Source: an uncultured candidatus Porisulfidus sp. (GTDB taxonomy: Bacteria; Pseudomonadota; Gammaproteobacteria; Poriferisulfidales; Poriferisulfidaceae). From it: DNA of 64,000 nt. The notes under the pieces were generated by a model. The model was not told where the DNA came from. It did no database searches and saw only the letters and a list, made by a program, of their open reading frames with translations. The position numbers and the translations under genes were made by a program. Where the stretch lies: the NCBI GenBank assembly GCA_965116025.1, contig OZ220480.1, forward strand, positions 1,184,001 through 1,248,000. Direction: 5' to 3'. This document shows positions 26,459 through 36,989 of this stretch, in pieces. The first letter of the stretch is position 1. Every line of letters begins with the position of its first letter.

Positions 26459-28306
26459 TCAGTCAAATCTCCATTCCAGTCCGGTGCTGAAATTCCGTCG
26501 GGGAGCCGCGTATCCCCGGATTTCCTGGTAGGAGTCGTCGAGAAGGTTGCGGGTCTCGAAGAGCAGGTCCAGTTTCGAGGTCAAGGCGTGGCGCGCGGTT
26601 AGGTTGATCAGGTTGTGGTTGTCCAGAGCGGTTCCACCGTCCAGCAACCCCCGCGCCGTCGTGAAGTCCAGACGGAATCGCCACTGGGCCGATCTTCGCG
26701 ACAGCGCCAGGCGGTATTGGTGCCGGGGTCTCCGGACCTCTTTCCGGTCGTCCGCGTCCCCCGGAGCGGGTTCGGTGGCCTGCAGATAGGCGTAGTCGGC
26801 GGAGAAGGTCCAGCCCGGATGCGGATCGAATCCGAACTCCAGTTCCGCGCCCCAGCGGTCGGAATCTCGGACTCCATTGATGGAAGTGGGCAGAAGGGGA
26901 CCCCCTAATCCATCCGGGTCGTGATATTGGATCTCATCGCTCAGGCGTTGGTCGAACACGCTGACGCTGATTCGGCAGCAGGCCCCGCTTGGGTTGTGCT
27001 CAATGCCGATCTCGGTATTTCGGGAGCGCTCCGGCAACAGGTTGGGGTTGCCTTGGAAAGCGTTGGGAAAATAACCGTAGCGCTCGGTCAGGGTTGGGTT
27101 GGCGATGCCGATGCCGCTCGCCAAATAGAGCCGCGTCGGATGGTCTGGCCACTGGTAGGCGAGGGAGACGCGCCAAGTGTCGGCGTCCTCGAAGTCCTGG
27201 TTGTTGTCGCGGCGCAGCGCCAAGTCGAGCGTCATTTGGGGGTCGGGCCGCCATTTCAGCGTCGTGAACACGCCGGAAGACAGGAAACTCAGAGGCTCGA
27301 TGCCGCCACGGTCGTAACGTTCCCGCTCCCATTCCATCCCGGCTCCGACGGCGCAGGGCCGACCCAGAAAGCACTTCTCGAAATCGCGCCAGACCATCCC
27401 GTCCGCTTGGACGCGGCGTCCCCGGGTCTCGGTGATGGAAGTCTCTTGATGATTCTTGTTCGACGTTCGCAGATAGCCGACGCTCGCCTGATAGTGGAAC
27501 GAATCCGTTCGCGAGCGCAGGATGGCGTTTCCGTAGGTCCGCAGGTTCCTCGAGGTGTTGTTCTGGTCCGAGGGAAGCGGCCAGCCACCATCGTATTCCA
27601 GGTTCGCATGCGTATGGCGGGCGGAGAGTCGCAGGTCCGTTCGGGAAGAGGGACTCCAGAGCGCGCTCCATTGCGCGGTATTGTTCCGGTATCCGTCCCG
27701 CTCCGAGCCTGAGAGCGAGACGTTCTCGCCATCCGTCTGAAAACGGCGCGCGCTGGCCTGCATGCGGAAGTCGTCGGTCTCAGTGGCGAGCCGGAGCGTG
27801 GTTTCGTGGCGCCGGTTCGATCCGGATTTTTGAGTCAGGCTGGAACGTCCGCCCGTTCGGCTGACCAGGTTCACGACGCCGGAGATCGCCTGGCTTCCCC
27901 ACAGGGGGCCTGGCGCGCCGCGCACCACCTCGACGCGCTCGATTCCGGCGGTGGAGAGGTGGGCGAAATTCACGACACCACTGGTGGGGTCGCTCAGGTC
28001 GACGCCATCCAGAAGCACGCGCGTATGGCTGGATTCCCCGCCGCGCATCCTCAATTCCGCGAGCGTCCCGGCGCCGCCCAGCTGACTGACGGAGAGCCCT
28101 GGAATCTCGCGTAGCACGTCCGCGATGGAGATTCCCGCTCCTTGCCAATCGTCCAGATCGATGACGGTGACGCGGCCACTGATGGCGTGCGAGGCTTGAG
28201 GGAAGCGCGCCGCCGTGACGATGATGGTCTCGATATTCTGCGCGGCGGGCAGGGGGGAAGCGCCCAGCGTGGCGAGCGCGAGCGAGGAAAGCGTTTTCTT
28301 GAGCAT
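26459..28306 (-). CDS. btuB: TonB-dependent receptor, BtuB-like (cobalamin)
   Basis: Signal peptide, TonB box ETIIVTA, plug LLDGV..IERVEVVRG, C-terminal NLLD..Y...RF; directly downstream of a cobalamin riboswitch. Confidence 0.8.
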   Translation of the reverse strand: MLKKTLSSLALATLGASPLPAAQNIETIIVTAARFPQASHAISGRVTVIDLDDWQGAGISIADVLREIPGLSVSQLGGAGTLAELRMRGGESSHTRVLLDGVDLSDPTSGVVNFAHLSTAGIERVEVVRGAPGPLWGSQAISGVVNLVSRTGGRSSLTQKSGSNRRHETTLRLATETDDFRMQASARRFQTDGENVSLSGSERDGYRNNTAQWSALWSPSSRTDLRLSARHTHANLEYDGGWPLPSDQNNTSRNLRTYGNAILRSRTDSFHYQASVGYLRTSNKNHQETSITETRGRRVQADGMVWRDFEKCFLGRPCAVGAGMEWERERYDRGGIEPLSFLSSGVFTTLKWRPDPQMTLDLALRRDNNQDFEDADTWRVSLAYQWPDHPTRLYLASGIGIANPTLTERYGYFPNAFQGNPNLLPERSRNTEIGIEHNPSGACCRISVSVFDQRLSDEIQYHDPDGLGGPLLPTSINGVRDSDRWGAELEFGFDPHPGWTFSADYAYLQATEPAPGDADDRKEVRRPRHQYRLALSRRSAQWRFRLDFTTARGLLDGGTALDNHNLINLTARHALTSKLDLLFETRNLLDDSYQEIRGYAAPRRNFSTGLEWRFD

Positions 28307-28400
28307 GCCGGTCCTGATCCATGGACCGGGCGGGCAAAGGAAAAATGCACGGCCAAGCGGCCGCGCGTCACCCCGGTCGCCCACCGCGGCCGTGATAATT

Positions 28401-28570
28401 CAGGATGGGGCCGGTCTCCGGGCTCGCGAGGGGTTTCTTGGACGCTCCCTTCCCAGGCTGAAGCCCAGTGGATCTCGCGTCCCTCTCGCCTACCGTTGCG
28501 GGGGCAGCGCCGGCGTTGCGTTCGCGCACCGGCTTCCCTGTTTCATCTGTCGGGCAGACACCCCATCCCG
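28401..28570 (-). ncRNA. Cobalamin riboswitch
   Basis: Minus strand AACAGGGAAGCCGGTG...CCGGCGCTGCCCCCGCAACGGTA...CCACTG...GGGAAGG...GAGCCCGGAGACCGGCC with closing P1 GGATGGGG/CCCCATCC. Confidence 0.92.
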
Positions 28571-28612
28571 CGTAGCGCGATCAGCTTAACACGAGGCGCT
28601 AGCCGAGAGAGG

Positions 28613-29317
28613 TTAGGTCGCGCCATCGGCGGGAGACAATTCTTCCAGGATCAAGCGAATCGCGCCCGGCGGGTCGCTGGCGCGCACCACCGGCCGCCCT
28701 ACCACCAGATGGCTGGCGCCGGCCTCGGCGGCCTCTCGGGGAGTGGCCGTCCTCTTCTGGTCGTCCGCGCTCGCGACGAAGCGTATGCCGGGCGTGACGA
28801 TCCAGAGGCCGGAACCGAATTCCTCGCGGACCTGCCGCGCTTCCCGGGGCGAGCAGACGATACCGGAGAGACCGGCCCGCGCGGCGAGCCGGGCCAGCCG
28901 CGCGACCTGCTCGCGCGATGAGCGTTGCCCGATGGCTTCCAGGTCCTCGTCGCTAAGTGAAGTCAGGGCGGTGACGGCGACCACATGCATATCGTCGCCC
29001 GCCGCCTCGCGGGCCGCGTCCAGCATGGCGGGCCCTCCAGAGGCGTGCACGGTGCACATCCAGACTCCCGCCTCGCGCGCGGCGTGGCAGGCGGCCGCCA
29101 CCGTGTTCGGAATATCGTGAAACTTGAGATCCAGGAAAACCTCGAAACCCTGTCGCCGAAGGTCCAGAACCAGCTCTGGACCGCCCTTGACGAACAGCTC
29201 GGAGCCGACCTTGAGGCGACAGTCAGAGGGCGAGAGGCGATCCGCGAGCTCCACCGCCTCTCGGCCGCTCAGGCCATCCAGGGCGACGATCAGGCCCGGC
29301 GCCGAATCCGCGGGCAT
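28613..29317 (-). CDS. pyrF: Orotidine-5'-phosphate decarboxylase
   Basis: IVALD, LKVG.ELF, FLDLKFHDIPNTV, TPGIR, DDQKR, VVGRP. Confidence 0.97.
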   Translation of the reverse strand: MPADSAPGLIVALDGLSGREAVELADRLSPSDCRLKVGSELFVKGGPELVLDLRRQGFEVFLDLKFHDIPNTVAAACHAAREAGVWMCTVHASGGPAMLDAAREAAGDDMHVVAVTALTSLSDEDLEAIGQRSSREQVARLARLAARAGLSGIVCSPREARQVREEFGSGLWIVTPGIRFVASADDQKRTATPREAAEAGASHLVVGRPVVRASDPPGAIRLILEELSPADGAT

Positions 29318-29326
29318 GAGAGGATG

Positions 29327-30523
29327 TCAGACCAAGTAGGGACGGTGCGGGGCCTTCTCGGCATAGGGCTCGATCGGCTGCAGCGTGTCCCACCGTTGGC
29401 AACTCGGGCACTGCCAGTACAGCTTGCGCACCTGAAACTGGCACTCCGAGCATTCATGGGTCGGCCGATCGGCCAAATAGCGGTCCAGCGTGGTCAGGAT
29501 CTGGCGCATGCTCCGCTGGTCGGCCGCGACCCTGTTCTCGGTGATCGCCTCTACGTACTCGCGTAGCAATACCAGCGAGGACGGATTGGACTGGAAGGTG
29601 CCGCTGAAGATATCATCCAGTTCGCCACCACCATGTTGGCGCAGGTCCTCGACCAGGGACAGCGCCGGAAACAGGGCGTGCGGCTGGGTTCGCGCGCTAT
29701 GCAGGAACTGGCGGAATCCGTCCGGGTTTCCCTGCGCTTGATAGGCCTTGTGGATGAGCTGGATGATCTGGGGCGCGAAGGCTGGACGTTTCTCGTAGGC
29801 GTCCCGATAGTGGCGGATGGCGGCGTGGTAGTCGCGCCGCCGGCTGGCGATGTTGCCGAGCATGATGTGCGCTCGCGCGCAGTCGCGGTAGTGGCCCAAG
29901 GCCTTGTGCGCGTTCTGGACCGCCTGCTCCTCGCCATTGCCGCTGGCCAGGGTCTCCAGCGCGATCTCTCCTAGCTCGCAGTAGTACTGGGCGATGATTT
30001 CCTGTTGCGGTCCTCCGCCCTCGCGCTCGATGTTGCGGGCGACGTGGATCGCTTTTTTCCACTCCTTCTCCTGTTCGTAGATTTCCCGCAGATGGCGCAG
30101 GGCCTCCAGTTGGTGGGCACCGGTGTCGAGCACTCCGCGGAGCAGATGCTCGGCGCGGTCGAATAGTCCGGACTTGAGGTAATCGCGGGCCAGCTCCAGC
30201 AATACGTCAGCTTTGGTCCGGTCGTCCAGATCCGGCCGCGCGATCAGGTTCTGATGCAGCCGAATGGCGCGCTCCACCTCGCCGCGCCGGCGCAATAGAT
30301 TGCCGAGAACGATGTAGGTCTCGACGGTGTCGGCGTCCAGGTCGACCACGTTCACGAACAAGTCGATGGCCTTGTCAGGCTGCTCGTTGAGCAGGTAGTT
30401 GATGCCCTTGAGATAGTGCCCGGGGACGGGTTTGGCCTTTCTGTTCCGCATGTCGCGCCGCGCCGCCCACCAGCCGGTCAGCGCCGCGACCGGGAGCAAG
30501 AGCCAGAGCAGGGCGCTCGTCAT
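29327..30523 (-). CDS. lapB: LPS assembly protein B
   Basis: N-terminal TM, YLKGINYLLNEQPDKA, RGEVERAIRLHQNL, TPR repeats, C-terminal CxxC..WQCPSC. Confidence 0.95.
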   Translation of the reverse strand: MTSALLWLLLPVAALTGWWAARRDMRNRKAKPVPGHYLKGINYLLNEQPDKAIDLFVNVVDLDADTVETYIVLGNLLRRRGEVERAIRLHQNLIARPDLDDRTKADVLLELARDYLKSGLFDRAEHLLRGVLDTGAHQLEALRHLREIYEQEKEWKKAIHVARNIEREGGGPQQEIIAQYYCELGEIALETLASGNGEEQAVQNAHKALGHYRDCARAHIMLGNIASRRRDYHAAIRHYRDAYEKRPAFAPQIIQLIHKAYQAQGNPDGFRQFLHSARTQPHALFPALSLVEDLRQHGGGELDDIFSGTFQSNPSSLVLLREYVEAITENRVAADQRSMRQILTTLDRYLADRPTHECSECQFQVRKLYWQCPSCQRWDTLQPIEPYAEKAPHRPYLV

Positions 30524-30524
30524 G

Positions 30525-30815
30525 TCAGGCCTCGTGAATCGGCATGCGCCGCAGGTTGCGGACTTCCTGGTACACCAAATCGTATTTTCGCCGTAGGCGG
30601 GTGAATCGGAAGCGGTAGCGCAACACCATCCAGCCGCCAAGGCCGATGGCCAAGGACAGCCCCAGTCCCAGCGCGGCCAGCAACGCGAGCCCCAGCTGGA
30701 GCGTGTATTCGGCGAAATACAGATTGACGCCGACCGGTTGCGGGTTGGACATCACCAGCATCAGCCCGAGGGCCATCACCATCAGGAAGATCAGAAGCGC
30801 GCCCAGTTTATTCAT
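30525..30815 (-). CDS. lapA: LPS assembly protein A
   Basis: Two TM segments with N...V.VNLYF between them, basic tail; position directly upstream of lapB. Confidence 0.85.
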   Translation of the reverse strand: MNKLGALLIFLMVMALGLMLVMSNPQPVGVNLYFAEYTLQLGLALLAALGLGLSLAIGLGGWMVLRYRFRFTRLRRKYDLVYQEVRNLRRMPIHEA

Positions 30816-30897
30816 GGCAGGAATCGGTCCCGGATATAGAGCGACCTATGACTATATCACGTGCGGAAATCTTCGACTCTCTCTTGAAGTGCCGTGG

Positions 30898-31111
30898 TTA
30901 TGCGAGCGTCAGGCGTTCGCCCTTCGGTTATGGGATGGGCCCGACCAAATTCCCATCTTGTTCGACTCATAACCCTACGGCATTTTTGATTTGGCCTGAT
31001 TCGATTTCTTGGTCGTTGCCGTGCGCCATGTGGCTGGGCAATTCGGAAATTCTTGCGATGAACGTTTGGTTCTCATTGTTCCAATGAGAAAATAAGCTTG
31101 CGCTTGCGCAT
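30898..31111 (-). pseudogene. hicB: HicB-family antitoxin pseudogene
   Basis: Reads MRKRKLIF, +1 frameshift, then WNNENQTFIARISELPSHMAHGNDQEIESGQIKNAVGL*VEQDGNLVGPIP*PKGERLTLA*; matches the HicB pattern W..ED..F.A..PELPGCMAHG...A..LW...G.PIPEPKG. Confidence 0.75.
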
Positions 31112-31179
31112 CAGTTGTCCGGTCTCTCTCGACTCCCGATGAATCAGTTCTTTGATCATCAGGTATGCTATTTCCCCGA

Positions 31180-32967
31180 TCAATAAGCCTTGGCATTAGG
31201 GCGTGGCCATGCTTGCGCGGCTAACTCGGCAAGGTGCTTGGAGCGCTCTTTGATAGTTTCGTCATTCCAGACTTCATGCTCCACTAAACGCTTATTCAAG
31301 AACAGCGTACTGTGCTTAGCCAAAGCTTTCCGCTTACTCTCCCATGGGCTATTCGACAACGAGGAATTCAGGCTACCTTTTACCAACGTGAGGTTTCCGA
31401 TCATGTTGATCGAGCGCTCGCGATTTTCCTCGGATTCGTCGCCGGAATCCTGTATTGGCCAATTCGCGCGCCAAGCCTGGGGCATGACGTGCTCGATTTG
31501 CAGGCCGCTCGGCACTTTCTGCGTTTCCGTATGATTCGTGCGCAGTTGCTCCTCAATGCCCATGATTACCATTCTGAGGCGGCCTATGGTCAGCCACCAG
31601 TAGAGTGGCTCTTCAACGAACTCTTTTTGTAACTCCTCATCGCTCGGCCATCTCGTCACTTGAGTAGTCTGTTTCGCCAAATGGGAAATGAGAATATCGT
31701 CTGCCTGGTCGTTCGGTGATTTGTGCATCTTTGCAAGCAAGCTTACGAAGAGTTTTCCATAGCCTTGTGTGCTGCAGCTGCATACGACTCGGCGTACTAG
31801 AAAGCTCTCAAGCGCCTTGATGCAAGCCTTGAGCGTTTTCTTTGGCATGTCTTCGGATAGCAACCAGAGAAGAAGAGGGGTGACCGCGCCGGCGTTCATG
31901 GTTTTGCGCCTGTCCAGAAATTTCTTGATATCTTCATCTTCATGTCGCGTCGCCTCGATATCACGGTAGATTTCCCCGATTTCTTTCATATCCTTCGCGA
32001 TCTCGTGAATCGTTTTTCCCGCTTTTTCGCGGTGGTCTGCATACTTCCGGAAAGCCTTGAACTCGTCTCGCGCTTTCGTTTCCTTGCTGTTGCGTAGAGT
32101 TAGCCAGTAGTTCAAATATACGTCGATTCGTGGCCTCCGTTGAACGCCTCTCCCCACTTCTTCACTCCACCAGGAATCATTATCGAACGGCCACAGTTGC
32201 GTTATCGAGGCATCGTTCTCATCCTCCTCCCGAAAACCCGCGTCGTTCAAAATCTTGTTTTTCACCATGTCGGATTCAAGAAGTGGCGTGCCGCGCGCGT
32301 TGAGCGCTTCGAATATGGCATGCTGATCGTCAGTGGCATCAAGATCGATCACGACGAGCTCAAGATTCATGCGCACCGCATTTTCCAGAGCCGATGCGGC
32401 TTTGGCACGAAATTCGTCATCTCCAGAATATTTATCTAGCCACAATTCCACCTGCTTTTTGAAGAATTCGTGGGCTTGCACGATGCGGGCCTTCGCATGC
32501 GTAGCTGAAGGAAGGTCGTTTCTCATCGCATGTTGAAACGCCTCTCTGTCCGCGATTGTCGGCCATACCTTGAAAGCGATTTCCGGTTTTCCATCGCGAA
32601 ACTCATCTCGGTTCATGACGAGCGCCGTGAGGCGCCTAGCGGGGTCGGTATGCTCTCGCTTCTCAAGAACTTCTTGAATCGCGTCGATCAGCAGTTGCAG
32701 AGTGATCAATCTCTGCTGTCCATCCACTACGATACGGCGCTCTATGGTACCTGCGGGATATGGTTTTTGTTGCAGGACGACTGCGCCCATGAAGTGGGGC
32801 TTTTCTTGGTCACCACCCAGAATATTCTGCGCGAGGTTTTCCACATCGTCCCATAGCGGTTCCCATTGTTGTTCTTGCTCCCACACATAACGCCGCTGGA
32901 AAGCGGGGATTTCGTACTGAACCGGTTGCGCGAACAAATGCTGAGGCAACCGAAGGTTGGTTTGCAT
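31180..32967 (-). CDS. GmrSD-like (DUF262 + DUF1524) modification-dependent restriction protein
   Basis: FQRRYVW, VDGQQR, FEALNARG (DUF262); IEHVMPQ, IGNLTLV...NSSLSN (DUF1524 HNH-like); AT-richer than flanks. Confidence 0.9.
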   Translation of the reverse strand: MQTNLRLPQHLFAQPVQYEIPAFQRRYVWEQEQQWEPLWDDVENLAQNILGGDQEKPHFMGAVVLQQKPYPAGTIERRIVVDGQQRLITLQLLIDAIQEVLEKREHTDPARRLTALVMNRDEFRDGKPEIAFKVWPTIADREAFQHAMRNDLPSATHAKARIVQAHEFFKKQVELWLDKYSGDDEFRAKAASALENAVRMNLELVVIDLDATDDQHAIFEALNARGTPLLESDMVKNKILNDAGFREEDENDASITQLWPFDNDSWWSEEVGRGVQRRPRIDVYLNYWLTLRNSKETKARDEFKAFRKYADHREKAGKTIHEIAKDMKEIGEIYRDIEATRHEDEDIKKFLDRRKTMNAGAVTPLLLWLLSEDMPKKTLKACIKALESFLVRRVVCSCSTQGYGKLFVSLLAKMHKSPNDQADDILISHLAKQTTQVTRWPSDEELQKEFVEEPLYWWLTIGRLRMVIMGIEEQLRTNHTETQKVPSGLQIEHVMPQAWRANWPIQDSGDESEENRERSINMIGNLTLVKGSLNSSLSNSPWESKRKALAKHSTLFLNKRLVEHEVWNDETIKERSKHLAELAAQAWPRPNAKAY

Positions 32968-32989
32968 AGCACGGAGACTGCCGTCTAGG

Positions 32990-33304
32990 CTACCGGAATA
33001 GGTCGCGAAGCCTCTCGCGCAGTTTTTTTCCGGGCTTGAAATATGGGACGTACCGCGTTCCCAGCATGACCGGGCCGCCCGTGCGGGGGTTGTTCGCCAA
33101 GCGTGGCCGGCGGGCGCGAACGCCGAAACTGCCGAAGCCGCGCAATTCCACCCGGTCGTTCCGCGCCAAGCTTTCGGATATCTGGCGGAAAACCAGTTTG
33201 ACCGCCATCTCCACTTCGCGCGGGGTCAGATGCTTCTGTCGGGCCGCGACTCGCTCGATCAGCTGGCTACGGCTGATCTGGGTGGCGTTTTCTCGCTTGG
33301 GCAT
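32990..33304 (-). CDS. ihfB: Integration host factor beta
   Basis: RVELRGFGSF, NPRTG, PYFKPGK.LRER; follows rpsA. Confidence 0.93.
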   Translation of the reverse strand: MPKRENATQISRSQLIERVAARQKHLTPREVEMAVKLVFRQISESLARNDRVELRGFGSFGVRARRPRLANNPRTGGPVMLGTRYVPYFKPGKKLRERLRDLFR

Positions 33305-33314
33305 GATCGCGCGA

Positions 33315-35000
33315 TCAGGATCCGGAATCTTTGCGACCGACCAGTTTGTCGCGCAGGATGCCGCCGAGCGACTTGCTGATCTTGGGGGTGGCTTCCTGAT
33401 ATTCCCTGACCGCCTGCTTCTCCTCCGCTTGGTCCTTGGCGCGGACCGAGAGGGTCAGATGGCGGCGCTTGCGGTCGAACGACAGGATCACGGCCTCCAG
33501 GGTCTCGCCGATTTTGACGTGGGCGCGGGCATCGTCAACTTGCTGGTCGGAAAGCTCGGAGGCCATGATCGAGCCTGCGATATGCTCGGTCACCTCCACG
33601 GTGACGGAACGCGGCTCGACTTCGGTGACCGTGCAGGAGACGGTATGTCCTCGAGGGTGTTCGCGCAGCCATTCCTGCACCGGATCCTCCTCCAGCTGCT
33701 TGACACCGAGCGAGACCCGCTCGCGGCCGACATCGATGGACAGCACCTTGGCCTCGACCTCGTTGCCTTTGCGGTAGTCGCGTATGGCCGTCTCGCCGGG
33801 TTTGGTCCAGGACAGGTCGGACAGGTGAATCAGGCCATCGATACCGCCATCCAGGCCGATGAATATCCCGAAGTCGGTGATCGACTTGACGGCTCCGGTC
33901 ACCCGGGAGCCTTTCTTGTACATGGCGGCGAAGGCCTCCCAAGGATTGGCGACGCACTGCTTCATGCCGAGCGAGATGCGGTGGCGCTCCATGTCGATCT
34001 CCAGCACCATCACGTCGACGGTCTCGCCGAGCGTCACCACCCGGGACGGATTGGCGTTGCGCGAGGCCCAGTCCATTTCCGAGGCGTGCACCAGGCCCTC
34101 AATGCCGTCCTCGACCTCCACGAAGCAACCGTAGTCGGTGATGCTGGTCACCGTGCCCGAGACCTTGCGGCCGGTCTCATAACGGTCCGCGATGTTCTCC
34201 CAAGGGTCTTCCGTCAGCTGCTTGATGCCGAGCGAGATCCGCCCGCTTTCCTGGTCGTAGCTCAGGATCTTCACGTCGATCTCTTGACCGACCTCCACCA
34301 CGTCGGACGGGTGCTTGATACGCTTCCACGCCATGTCGGTGATGTGCAGCAGTCCGTCGACGCCGCCGAGGTCCAGGAAAGCTCCGTATTCGGTCAGGTT
34401 CTTGACTGTGCCGCGCGCCACGCCGCTCTCGGTCAGTTTCTGCAGGATCGCGTCGCGCTCGGCGCTGTGCTCGGTCTTGAGCACCGCCCGGCGGGACACG
34501 ACGACGTTGTCGCGGCGCCGATCAATCTTGATGATCTTGAACTCCAGCTCGCGGTTCTCCAGATAGGCCGTGTCGCGCACGGGACGGATGTCGACCAGCG
34601 AGCCTGGCAGGAAGGCCCGGATCGAGTTGAGGCTGATGGTGAAGCCGCCCTTGATCTTGCTGACGATGGTGCCGGTGACGTTGGTGTTCTCCTCGTAGGC
34701 TTTCTCCAGCTCGTTCCAGATCCGGATGCGTTTGGCGCGCTCGCGCGACATGCGGGTCTCGCCGCTGCCGTCCTCGATCGCGTCCAGGGAGACCTCGACG
34801 GTGTCGCCGATCTTGATCTCCAGCTGTCCATCGGCGTCGGTGAATTGCTCGGCCGGTATGAAGCACTCGGACTTCAGTCCGGCGCTGACGACCACCGCGT
34901 CCGAGCGGATGTCCACCACGGTGCCGTCGATGATCGAGCCAGCCCGCATTTGCAGTTGGGAAATGTTCTCCTCAAGAAGTTCCGCGAAGGATTCGCTCAT
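33315..35000 (-). CDS. rpsA: 30S ribosomal protein S1
   Basis: [40 protein letters not shown]; repeated S1 domains. Confidence 0.98.
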   Translation of the reverse strand: MSESFAELLEENISQLQMRAGSIIDGTVVDIRSDAVVVSAGLKSECFIPAEQFTDADGQLEIKIGDTVEVSLDAIEDGSGETRMSRERAKRIRIWNELEKAYEENTNVTGTIVSKIKGGFTISLNSIRAFLPGSLVDIRPVRDTAYLENRELEFKIIKIDRRRDNVVVSRRAVLKTEHSAERDAILQKLTESGVARGTVKNLTEYGAFLDLGGVDGLLHITDMAWKRIKHPSDVVEVGQEIDVKILSYDQESGRISLGIKQLTEDPWENIADRYETGRKVSGTVTSITDYGCFVEVEDGIEGLVHASEMDWASRNANPSRVVTLGETVDVMVLEIDMERHRISLGMKQCVANPWEAFAAMYKKGSRVTGAVKSITDFGIFIGLDGGIDGLIHLSDLSWTKPGETAIRDYRKGNEVEAKVLSIDVGRERVSLGVKQLEEDPVQEWLREHPRGHTVSCTVTEVEPRSVTVEVTEHIAGSIMASELSDQQVDDARAHVKIGETLEAVILSFDRKRRHLTLSVRAKDQAEEKQAVREYQEATPKISKSLGGILRDKLVGRKDSGS

Positions 35001-35698
35001 GTGTGGATGCCTTTGTTCGGTTGGGTTAATGTTCCGGGCAGGCAGGCCCGGGCCTTCGCGTGAACCTCCTGGATCGTGGACTCGCCGGTGTCGATCAGGA
35101 TGGCGTCGGGAGCCTGAACCAGAGGCGACGCGCCCCGTCGCGCGTCCTGGATGTCGCGCTGGCTCAGCTCCTTTATCAGCGCGCCGATTTTAGCATTGAT
35201 CCCCATTTCCTCCAATTGCCGCCTGCGCCGCCGCGCCCGGATCTCCAGCGCGGCGGTCAGGTGGAACTTCGGGCGCGCGTCCGGGAACACCGCGCTACCC
35301 ATGTCCCGGCCGTCGGCCACCAGCCCGGGCGGGCGTCGCGCCGCGCGCTGGCGCTCCAGAAGGGCCTCGCGCACTTGCGGGTGCGAGGCGGCTCGCGATG
35401 CGGCGCGACCGACTTCCGGCTCCCGGACGCGGGACGTGACATCGACCCCGTCGAGCAGGAGGCGGATCGACTCCGGGCTGGTCCGGGTCTCGATTCGCGC
35501 CGCGCGGGCGACCGCGCCACAGGCGGCGGCATCGTCCAGATCCGCGTCGCGCTCCAGGATGGCCAGCCCGACGGCGCGGTATAGAGCTCCAGAATCCAAA
35601 TAATGCCAGCCCAGCTCGGCCGCGAGGTTGCGGGCCAGCGTGCCCTTGCCGGAGCCGGCGGTTCCGTCGACCGCGATGACGGGGACGGATTCAGGCAT
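34997..35698 (-). CDS. cmk: Cytidylate kinase
   Basis: [34 protein letters not shown]. Confidence 0.96.
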   Translation of the reverse strand: MPESVPVIAVDGTAGSGKGTLARNLAAELGWHYLDSGALYRAVGLAILERDADLDDAAACGAVARAARIETRTSPESIRLLLDGVDVTSRVREPEVGRAASRAASHPQVREALLERQRAARRPPGLVADGRDMGSAVFPDARPKFHLTAALEIRARRRRRQLEEMGINAKIGALIKELSQRDIQDARRGASPLVQAPDAILIDTGESTIQEVHAKARACLPGTLTQPNKGIHT

Positions 35699-36989
35699 CG
35701 CGCAGGCGCATTCCGGCCTGGCGGGCGAGGTCCGGAAATCCGGGGAAGGACGTCGCGACCCACTGGGCGTCGCGGACGCGGACCGGCCCGGACGCCGCCA
35801 GCGAGGCGATCGCGAAAGCCATGGCGACGCGGTGATCCCGGTGGCTCTGGACGGCGCCGCCGCTCAGGGCGCCTCCGGAGATCCGGACGAAATCCTCGCC
35901 CGTCTCCACCGTCGCGCCCAGCGTGGCCAGTCCTTCCGCCATGGCGGCGACCCGGTCGCTCTCCTTGACCCGCAGTTCCCCGATTCCGGTGAACGTGGTG
36001 GTCCCGCGCGCGCAGGCGGCGGCGACGCACAGAATCGGAAACTCGTCGATCGCGTTGGCGATCAGCTCGGGGCCGACGTCAATGCCGGCCAGCGCGCCGC
36101 CGCGCGCGTGGATGTCGGCGACCGGCTCCCGACCGACCGAGTCGCGGGGGGAAAGGCGCAGGGCGGCGCCCATTCGCTCGAGAACTCTCAGGACCCCGTC
36201 GCGCCGCGGGTTGACGCCGACCCCGCGCAGGCGCAGCTCGCGTCCCGGCGCGATCAGCGCGCCGACGAGAAAGAAGGCGGCGGCCGACAGGTCGCGCGGG
36301 ATGACGATGTCGGCTCCGCGCGGGGCCTGCCCTCCCTGGACGCGGACGCGGGCTCCGTCCACCTCGCAATCCACGCCGAACAGCGGAAGCATGCGCTCGG
36401 TATGGTCTCTCGACGGCGTCGCCTCCGTCAGGCAAGTGGATCCTTGGGCTTGGAGCCCGGCGAGCAGCAAGGCGGACTTGACCTGCGCGCTCGCGACGGG
36501 GGTCTCGAGCGTGACTCCCCGCAAAGGGCCGCCGTCGATCCGGACCGGGGGGCGGCCATGATCGGTCTGGACGCGCGCGCCCATTTTCCGCAGAGGCGCG
36601 GCGACTCGCTCCATGGGTCTTCGCGACAGCGAGGCGTCTCCGGTAAGCGTGGAGGAGAACGGCCGCGCGGCCAGCAGGCCGCACAGCAACCGCATGGACG
36701 TGCCGGAGTTCCCGAGGTCCAAGGGGCCCTTGGGTGGTTTCACGCCTTCGGCGCCTTGGCCTTGGACGGTCCAGTTTCCTGGGGACGTTTGGTGGAGGTC
36801 CACGCCCAGTTGGGCGAGGGCTCGCGCGGTCGCCTGGCAGTCCTCGCTGTCGAGCGCGCCGCGCAAGCGGCTCTCGCCCTTGGCCAAGGCGGAGATCAGG
36901 AGGGCGCGGTGGCTGATGGACTTGTCGCCAGGCAACGCGAGGTCTCCGTGGACCTGGCCTCCTGGTTCCAGCAGCCAGTCGTCACTCAC
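35691..36989 (-). CDS. aroA: EPSP synthase
   Basis: PGDKSISHRA, GNSGTSMRL, RPMERV, SAQVKSA, RDHTERML, ELRVKESDR, DHRVAM; GTG start 36989. Confidence 0.97.
   Translation of the reverse strand: MSDDWLLEPGGQVHGDLALPGDKSISHRALLISALAKGESRLRGALDSEDCQATARALAQLGVDLHQTSPGNWTVQGQGAEGVKPPKGPLDLGNSGTSMRLLCGLLAARPFSSTLTGDASLSRRPMERVAAPLRKMGARVQTDHGRPPVRIDGGPLRGVTLETPVASAQVKSALLLAGLQAQGSTCLTEATPSRDHTERMLPLFGVDCEVDGARVRVQGGQAPRGADIVIPRDLSAAAFFLVGALIAPGRELRLRGVGVNPRRDGVLRVLERMGAALRLSPRDSVGREPVADIHARGGALAGIDVGPELIANAIDEFPILCVAAACARGTTTFTGIGELRVKESDRVAAMAEGLATLGATVETGEDFVRISGGALSGGAVQSHRDHRVAMAFAIASLAASGPVRVRDAQWVATSFPGFPDLARQAGMRLRDA

Noticed and set aside
31112-31200. Possible hicA remnant (AKAY at the end of the GmrSD-like gene)
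   Set aside because: A four-residue resemblance only; downstream sequence does not continue a HicA pattern
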